A stretch of DNA of 64,000 bases from Subtercola sp. (GTDB taxonomy: Bacteria; Actinomycetota; Actinomycetes; Actinomycetales; Microbacteriaceae): assembly GCA_025463765.1 (NCBI GenBank), contig JAODBC010000003.1, positions 2,383-66,382 on the forward strand, read 5' to 3'. The notes below the pieces were generated by a model. The model was not told the DNA's origin, did no database searches, and was given only the letters and a program-made list of their open reading frames with translations. Both the position numbers and the translations under genes were made by a program. Within the stretch, counting starts at the first letter, position 1. Every line of letters begins with the position of its first letter. Shown here in pieces: positions 57,770 through 64,000 of the stretch.

Positions 57770-57916
57770 TCATGGCCGCCACGCAGGCTCAAGGACCCGT
57801 GAATCAATTCGAGCAGATTCATCTTTCACTAGGTCGAGCATCGCGTTGACTAGCCAGTCCGGAGTGAAGACTTCTCCGTGGTCAGCCACACGCTGCCGAG
57901 ACTTCATCAGGTCCAT
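57770..57916 (-). pseudogene. N-terminal fragment of an N6-adenine DNA methyltransferase
   Basis: MDLMKSRQRVADHGEVFTPDWLVNAMLDLVKDESARIDSRVLEPA(WRP*): motif X (GEVFTP), breaking off inside motif I (LEPAcGsG). Confidence 0.85.
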
Positions 57917-57963
57917 TGGCTCAGATTATCGGGAGCCGACGACCGTGCACGCATCGGCAGATA

Positions 57964-58854
57964 TCACGGGAACATTGCTTGCATGCGTTTGAGCGCCAGA
58001 TCAGCTCTCGACTTCACCCCATTCCAGCGATCTGACTGCTCGCCAGTCACTCCGAAGACCAACTCCATGCGATCTAAAACGGTGACAGCTGAGGCGCAAA
58101 GCATTCCGGCATACTCGACTGCAAGTTGAGGAACCATACGAAATTCGACCTTGCCGGGTTGTGCCACCATAAACATTCCGAGGGCAGCAGTCTCCCCGTG
58201 CGCGACACCCGATAGCTGCGAGTAAAACTTCCTACCCATGCCCGTGTTGGCGCCTTGATCAAGAAGCGTCGTCGCCAGTGGCGTGAGACCTACTTTGCTC
58301 TTATCCAGCAGTGGGAGGTTGAGATCAAGAAGTACTCGACGCAATCCGGCGAGATACTCATTAATGTCAGTCTCTTCGCCCGTCTGAGTCATGAATTTAT
58401 TGTGCTTGCCCGACACCGTCATCTCTGCGATTGCGATCGAGATGTGCCGGGACACCAGCTCTTCGGCATCCTGAGAACTAAGAAGAAAATAAGACTTGGC
58501 GAATGCCTCGACGCCTCCCCGGGTCAAAGTCGCGAGCGAGAACGTGTATCGCTTGCTGTTCACCGTATTTATGAACGCGCGCGCGTGATCGGCCCCGGCG
58601 GCATTCGAGAAAAGAATCGACGAGTGTGCTCCGCGCACGGGCGACTCACCTTGCCCATTCGCTTGGTTCCAGGAGGCCTTAAGCTGGACGTCCGCGAGCG
58701 AGTCCGCTGATGGCCATCTGCCGATCGCATTGCTAGTTAATTCGTCCGCAACCGTAGCGATTTCCTTCACGAGTTCTCTGATCAATTGACGATGGACATT
58801 TGTCAGTGGCATCGAACTACTAGCGCCACCGAATGGCACCTCATCATTTTCCAT
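57964..58854 (-). CDS. Hypothetical all-alpha protein, possibly DUF5677/HEPN-like
   Basis: LTRGGVE and FYSQLSGVAHG motifs; low GC. Confidence 0.55.
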   Translation of the reverse strand: MENDEVPFGGASSSMPLTNVHRQLIRELVKEIATVADELTSNAIGRWPSADSLADVQLKASWNQANGQGESPVRGAHSSILFSNAAGADHARAFINTVNSKRYTFSLATLTRGGVEAFAKSYFLLSSQDAEELVSRHISIAIAEMTVSGKHNKFMTQTGEETDINEYLAGLRRVLLDLNLPLLDKSKVGLTPLATTLLDQGANTGMGRKFYSQLSGVAHGETAALGMFMVAQPGKVEFRMVPQLAVEYAGMLCASAVTVLDRMELVFGVTGEQSDRWNGVKSRADLALKRMQAMFP

Positions 58855-58932
58855 ATTTGACCCTGTTCATTCGTGCACGTTTCAACTGAGGCCGGAGTGG
58901 CAACACCGTCAGCTAGATAGTCAGCGCCGCTT

Positions 58933-59603
58933 TTAGCCACTACCGATTTGCTCGTCCCGAACCAAGATGACCTCTGCTCTCGTTTTGAGTCCAGCGAGTT
59001 CGAAGCCCTCGGCGGTGAGATGTTCAATAAATCGTGTTTTCCGCGCAGTTTTGAGGGACCGCCAAATCGACTGCCAGTTGGCGTCGTCATCGCCGAGTAA
59101 CGTCGGTGCATCAGGCACTACTCGAGTCAATAAGAGCATCTGCAGCTGAGCTGAATGTTCTGGCGAGGCCGGGTCTAAGTTCTGTGCGGTCATAGCGTTA
59201 TGACACGAGTCGCAGAGCGACTGCAGGTTGTCAAGCTCTGCGGATTTCCGGCGATATGGTCGATCTCAGTGCCCGGCTTTCCACAACTCTGGCATCTCCC
59301 AGCGTCCCGTACCTTGACTTGAGCACGGACACTTGCGCGCAACGTCCTCCCCAGTGAGCCATAACCACCAACGAGGAGGAAAGCGTTGCGCGTCTGAATG
59401 GCCTCGCGCACGTCCGGGTCCTCGATTCGCCCATCCCGAAAGACCCTTCGCATGTATCGAACGCTCCCCCATATCTCCGAGCACCAGCTCGAACAGAAAA
59501 GCACTTCGACATCCTCGGGCAGCACCTCGAGGCAATTGGCGCAATGGTCGTCGAGGAGGTATCGGTCACTCGGTACCGTGACGACAAATGGCGGCTCTCG
59601 CAT
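58933..59603 (-). pseudogene. HNH endonuclease split by a 1-nt frameshift at about 59244
   Basis: RDAGRCQSC...EIDHIAGN | (shifted frame) AELDNLQSLCDSCHNAMTAQN..., continuing into ORF 58933-59193. Confidence 0.82.
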
Positions 59604-59617
59604 GCAGTGATCGTACC

Positions 59618-59961
59618 AACCTGCGGCTCCTAGAAAGTCCATACGAGCTCTATCTCAAGGCCACCGACGCGACCCGACGCGAACTCAACCAAGCCATCTT
59701 CGCTCACGTATACGTCTGCAACGACGAAGTCGTCGGAGACGAAATCAACACCCCTCGCAGAACTCCTCGCCGCACAACACAGCTTCAACGCCCGAGAAAA
59801 AGGAGCCAATGAGGAAGAATCCCGCGACCAAGCTCTGGGCGAACTGATTCGTCACACCGCGTAAACGAAAAGAGCCACCCCGAAGGGTGGCTCTTTTGCG
59901 GTTATCTTAGAAGACTTACTAGATGGCATCGACGCGGACGGCGATTCTACTAAGCCTTCCA
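59618..59961 (+). pseudogene. C-terminal remnant of a large serine recombinase/integrase abutting the tRNA 3' end
   Basis: LLESPYELYLKATDATRRELNQAIFAHVYV..DEV; frameshift at about 59752 and TAA at 59862; the frame continues ...STKPSMVELRGFEPLTP across the antisense tRNA. Confidence 0.68.
59868..59897. terminator. Bidirectional intrinsic terminator downstream of tRNA-Ala
   Basis: aaaagagccaccc-cgaa-gggtggctctttt. Confidence 0.88.
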
Positions 59962-60037
<76 letters not shown>

Positions 60038-60203
60038 GAAGGAGCGAACCTGAGTTCAGCTCCGGGTATGAAATTGTGTGTTGCTGCGAGCTGAATCCGA
60101 AGGATTCCGGCTCCAAACAACTTGCCTAGACTACTACACGCCGAGGCGATCTGAGAAACCGAGGGGCGGCAGACTGCTTACCCGGGCCGACGCCCGCGCC
60201 GAC

Positions 60204-60566
60204 TCAGACCGAAACGGTGAGCGGAACAACCGGGCAGTCTTTCCAGAGTCGCTCGAGCGAGTAGTACATGCGGTCTTCTTCGTGAAAGACGTGCACCACG
60301 AGGTCGCCGAAGTCGAGCAGCACCCAACGGCCCTCGGAGAGGCCTTCTCGGCGCAGTAGCGGCGCGCCGGCATCGCCGAGCTTCTCGATGATTTCTTCGG
60401 CGATGGCACGCACGTTGGGTTCGTTGCGGCCCGAGGCCAGCAAAAACACGTCGGTGAGCGGCAAGGGGCCGGTCACGTCGAGCGCGACCAGGTTCTCGGC
60501 CTGCTTGGCGTCGGCTGCGGTTGCAGCGACCTGGGTGAGTTCGACGGAACGAGTGGATGCAGTCAA
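60204..60566 (-). CDS. rsfS: Ribosome silencing factor
   Basis: DAKQAENLVALDV, WVLLDFGDLVVHVF, YYSLERLWKD. Confidence 0.95.
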   Translation of the reverse strand: MTASTRSVELTQVAATAADAKQAENLVALDVTGPLPLTDVFLLASGRNEPNVRAIAEEIIEKLGDAGAPLLRREGLSEGRWVLLDFGDLVVHVFHEEDRMYYSLERLWKDCPVVPLTVSV

Positions 60567-60584
60567 AAAGGGGATACCTGTCGG

Positions 60585-61910
60585 TTAGAAGATTCGAAAG
60601 ACGAAGGCGGCGAGCAACAGCCCGACGACGCCGACGGCGAGCACACCGGCGGTGACCGCCAGAATGACGGGGGCGTTGGCGCCGCGGCGCTTGGGGGGCG
60701 CAACGAGACCCGAGCTCGGGCCGTGGGTGCTGATGGCGCGGGTGGCGCTCACCGGGGCGACGTCGGAACCGACCTCGCTCTCGGGGTCGAGAAAGGCGTC
60801 GAGCTCTGACGACTCGAGGCCGTCAGCGGGGGCAGCGCCGGTGGAGCCGAGGCTCATCGGCAGGTCGATCGACCCCGTGATGATGACCTCGCCGGTCTCG
60901 TCGAGCGCTGTACCGACGTCACCGTGGTTCGGTACCGACGGCAGCACCAGTGCGCTCGTCGAAGCCACGCTGTTCGAAGCACCGACACCGCGCGAGGCGA
61001 TGAGGTCGTCGAAGCTCGCCTTGGTGAGGTCGACCGTGTTGGCCGACCTCTCGGGAGCGGCAGCCGCCTGGAACATGGGCGCGAGAATCGGCGCGCTCGG
61101 CGTCTCTTCGATGGTGACGATGTGCACGGGCTCAGGCTCGGGCGTGTCGTCGATCTCGGCGAGTTCTTCTGCCTCTTCGGCCTGCACCTCGGGGCTGACG
61201 TACTCGTCGACGACCATGAGCTCTTCGACCATGGGCGCCGACTCGGCGTCGTCGTGTTCGGTCGCCTCAACGTGCTCGGACTCGACCGTGAGTACGTCGT
61301 CTTCAACGGGCTCGTCGTCGTGAACGATCTCGGCGATGATCGGGCCTGTTGCCTCGGCGACGGGCTCGGGTGCAACGTCAGGTGCCGCTACCGGCTGCTG
61401 CTCGGCGAGTGGATGATCGGCAGAAAGCGCGCGTCTGGCTCGCCTGCTCAGAATGGGGGCCGGCGCCACGGTTTCGGCCGCGGCCGGAGTCGACTCTTCA
61501 ACTGGCGGCTGGGCTGCGACAGGAACAGGCTCGACGAGAGCATCTGCGACGGGCGCAACGTCGACGGGAGCATCTTCGCCGGGTGCCGCTTGGGCGGGAG
61601 CATCCTCGACGGGCGCAGCGTCGACGGCAGCATCCTCAGTGGGTGCGGGAGCAGCATCATCAGAAGTCGCCGCAACAGGCTCGGCCTCGCCACGTCGCTC
61701 GACGAGCGGCGTGCCGCCGACAGCACGGGCGGCTTCAGCCTCGAACTCGGCGCGCTCGGCAGCAGCGCGTGCCGCTTCGTCGGCACGTCGCTTTGCTTCG
61801 ACCTCTTCGGCCGCCTTGGCTTCTTCTTTTTGCTGTTTACGCGGTTTTTGACGCTCAAGGTCACGGAGCTGGCGCCTGGTCAGCGGCTGCTCGTCGTGAG
61901 GCACTGTCAT
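60585..61910 (-). CDS. Acidic, low-complexity protein with C-terminal TM helix
   Basis: LTRRQLR N-terminus; conserved-looking TSALVLP...[14 protein letters not shown]; C-terminal TM. Confidence 0.8.
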   Translation of the reverse strand: MTVPHDEQPLTRRQLRDLERQKPRKQQKEEAKAAEEVEAKRRADEAARAAAERAEFEAEAARAVGGTPLVERRGEAEPVAATSDDAAPAPTEDAAVDAAPVEDAPAQAAPGEDAPVDVAPVADALVEPVPVAAQPPVEESTPAAAETVAPAPILSRRARRALSADHPLAEQQPVAAPDVAPEPVAEATGPIIAEIVHDDEPVEDDVLTVESEHVEATEHDDAESAPMVEELMVVDEYVSPEVQAEEAEELAEIDDTPEPEPVHIVTIEETPSAPILAPMFQAAAAPERSANTVDLTKASFDDLIASRGVGASNSVASTSALVLPSVPNHGDVGTALDETGEVIITGSIDLPMSLGSTGAAPADGLESSELDAFLDPESEVGSDVAPVSATRAISTHGPSSGLVAPPKRRGANAPVILAVTAGVLAVGVVGLLLAAFVFRIF

Positions 61911-62527
61911 TCAACACTCCGATATAGGTGATGCTTGGTGATGTATTGAACTACACCGTCGGGTACCAAGTACCACACTGGGAATCCCCGGCCTACCCGC
62001 CCGCGACAATCGGTTGACGATATCGCGAGAGCCGGAACTTCCAAATAGCTTACGTCTTGTCGTGGCAAAGCGGAAATGGCGAGGGTGTGCCCGGGCCGCG
62101 ACACGGCTACGAAGTGGGCGAGCGACCAGAGTTCCGCAGAGTTCTTCCAGCCGAGAATCTGCGCGATGGCATCGGCCCCCGAGATGAAGAATAGGTCGGC
62201 ATCGGGATGAGCGGCCTGCAGGTCTCGCAGGGTATCGACCGTGTACGTCGGGCCGCCGCGGTCGATGTCGACTCGGCTCACGGTGAACCGCGGGTTCGAT
62301 GCCGTGGCGATGACCGTCATGAGGTAGCGGTGTTCGGCGGCCGTGACATCTGTCTTCTGCCACGGCTGCCCGGTCGGCACGAAAACGACCTCGTCGAGCT
62401 CGAAGAACTGGGCGACCTCGCTGGCCGCAACGAGGTGGCCGTGGTGGATCGGGTCGAACGTGCCACCCATGATGCCGATGCGCTGGCGGTGCGGCTCACC
62501 GTCGAGGGCCGGCGTCATAGCGGTCAT
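61907..62527 (-). CDS. nadD: Nicotinate-nucleotide adenylyltransferase
   Basis: [32 protein letters not shown]. Confidence 0.96.
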   Translation of the reverse strand: MTAMTPALDGEPHRQRIGIMGGTFDPIHHGHLVAASEVAQFFELDEVVFVPTGQPWQKTDVTAAEHRYLMTVIATASNPRFTVSRVDIDRGGPTYTVDTLRDLQAAHPDADLFFISGADAIAQILGWKNSAELWSLAHFVAVSRPGHTLAISALPRQDVSYLEVPALAISSTDCRGRVGRGFPVWYLVPDGVVQYITKHHLYRSVE

Positions 62528-62535
62528 TGGTGTGC

Positions 62536-62760
62536 TTAGTGGTCAGCGCCCGTTCGGTCGCCGTGGCCGTGCAGGTCGTGCGTCTGAGCAAACTCGGCCG
62601 ACTTCTTCGGGTGGCGGTTGGCGACGTCACGGTAGCTCCACATGACGAGACCGAACGACAAGAAGATGACGAAAGCGATCAGGCCGAAGAAGAACCCCGG
62701 AAAAGGCAGCTGGTTGACAACCTCGTCGGCCAGCACAATCGCACTCGTCGTCACAGACAT
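62536..62760 (-). CDS. Small single-TM hypothetical protein
   Basis: AGGAG RBS; TM followed by [10 protein letters not shown]. Confidence 0.75.
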   Translation of the reverse strand: MSVTTSAIVLADEVVNQLPFPGFFFGLIAFVIFLSFGLVMWSYRDVANRHPKKSAEFAQTHDLHGHGDRTGADH

Positions 62761-62834
62761 TCGTTCTCCTGATGTGGTTTCGTCGGCCCTGTGGGCCGTG
62801 CTTCAACTCTAGCGGCTCTACAGGCTGTAGCGGA

Positions 62835-64000
62835 TCAGCCGCGAATCTGGCCCGAGCCGCGCACCAGCCACTTGGTGCTGGTCAACTCTGGCAGCCCCAT
62901 CGGGCCGCGCGCGTGCAGCTTCTGCGTCGAGATGCCCACCTCGGCGCCGAAGCCGAACTCGCCGCCGTCGGTGAACCGGGTGGACGCATTCACCATGACC
63001 GCCGCGGAGTCGACCTCGTTCAAGAAGCGCTCGGCGTTGCCGAGGTCGTTCGTGATGATCGACTCGGTGTGATGTGTCGAATACGTGCGAATGTGCTGCA
63101 TGGCTTCATCGATGTCGGCTACCACCTTCACGGCGAGGTCGAGGCTCATGTACTCGGTCTGCCAGTCGTCTTCGGTCGCCGGCACCGCATCGGCGAACAG
63201 GGCGCGCGTTTCGTCGTCGGCGTGGATGACCACTCCTGCGTCACGCAGCTTCGAGAGCACTGCGGGCAGCAGCCGTTCGGCCGCGTCGCGATGCACCAGT
63301 AGTGTCTCGAGGGCGTTGCAGACGCTCGGCCGCTGCACCTTGGCGTTGTGCACGATGTCGACGGCCCACTGCTGGTTGGCGCTCTCGTCGAGAAAGACGT
63401 GAACGACGCCGGCCCCGGTCTCGATGACGGGAACCTTCGACTCTGCGACGACGGTGTTGATGAGGTTCGCACTGCCGCGCGGAATGAGCACGTCGACCAG
63501 CCCGCGCGCCTGCATGAGGTCGCGCGCGCCCTCGCGGCCGAACTCGTCGATGGTCTGAACAGAGTCGGCGGGAAGCCCGACGGAGGCCAGGGCATCCTGA
63601 ATCAATGACACCAGCACCGCATTGGTGTTCTCGGCGGCAGAACCACCGCGCAGAACTACGGCGTTACCGCTCTTGAGGGCGAGCGCTGCGATGTCGACGG
63701 TGACATTGGGGCGGGCTTCGTAGATGACACCGACCACACCGAACGGAACTCGCACCTGGTCGATGCGCACTCCGTTAGGCAGCACGCGGCCACGCACGCT
63801 CTCACCGACGGGGTCGACAAGGCCGATGATCTCGCGCACGGCCTCGGCGAGAGAGCCGAGCCGCGCTTCACTGAGAGCGAGGCGGTCTTGCAGGGCGGTC
63901 GAGAGACCGTTCTCGCGGCCGTTGGCGAGGTCGAGTTCGTTCGCGGGCAGAATGCGGTCTACGCCGCCTGCCACGGCGGCCGCGATGGCCTCGAGGGCGG
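62835..64000 (-). CDS. proA: Gamma-glutamyl phosphate reductase (5' partial)
   Basis: VPFGVVGVIYEARPNVT, RPSVCNALETLL, VNASTRFTDGGEFGFGAEVGISTQKLHARGPMGL. Confidence 0.97.
   Translation of the reverse strand, partial: ALEAIAAAVAGGVDRILPANELDLANGRENGLSTALQDRLALSEARLGSLAEAVREIIGLVDPVGESVRGRVLPNGVRIDQVRVPFGVVGVIYEARPNVTVDIAALALKSGNAVVLRGGSAAENTNAVLVSLIQDALASVGLPADSVQTIDEFGREGARDLMQARGLVDVLIPRGSANLINTVVAESKVPVIETGAGVVHVFLDESANQQWAVDIVHNAKVQRPSVCNALETLLVHRDAAERLLPAVLSKLRDAGVVIHADDETRALFADAVPATEDDWQTEYMSLDLAVKVVADIDEAMQHIRTYSTHHTESIITNDLGNAERFLNEVDSAAVMVNASTRFTDGGEFGFGAEVGISTQKLHARGPMGLPELTSTKWLVRGSGQIRG

Noticed and set aside
57770-57782. TGGCGGCCATG at the MTase breakpoint as the partner IS21 end
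   Set aside because: A single short unit with no TGT terminus or periodic repeats.

Overview
High-GC actinobacterial chromosome, most likely Microbacteriaceae, judged from gene content and the proA-nadD-hyp-rsfS-tRNA-Ala order. From left to right: (1) a secreted LamG-domain protein followed by a large RHS/YD-repeat protein that runs off the left edge and is absent from the ORF track; (2) a DyP peroxidase, a TPR-AAA ATPase paired with a TPR membrane protein, a CxxC-less DsbA-like protein, VanZ, a LuxR regulator, a sortase-anchored SGNH hydrolase, an NtaA/DmoA monooxygenase, a fused double ABC exporter, an amidohydrolase, DUF4190 and an alpha/beta hydrolase; (3) a three-gene amide/peptide-ligase operon: YbdK-type carboxylate-amine ligase fused to a circularly permuted ATP-grasp, a NAGGN-type amidotransferase and an S9 peptidase; (4) an AbiEi/DUF559-like gene flanked by related palindromes, an NYN-LOTUS protein, and an SBP-TetR/monooxygenase module whose two promoters share a 20-bp operator and 11-bp-phased GlnR-like boxes; (5) dodecin, DUF427, a complete kdpFABCDE operon with an extra upstream small membrane peptide, and a TupA-like ATP-grasp; (6) a decayed, visibly lower-GC accessory region ending at tRNA-Ala(GGC), holding an internally deleted SDR, an IS21-like end, a RelE/Phd TA pair, a truncated DNA methyltransferase, a frameshifted HNH nuclease and a serine-integrase remnant; (7) core genes rsfS, nadD and proA. 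All family calls come from motif recognition by eye; no database searches were run.
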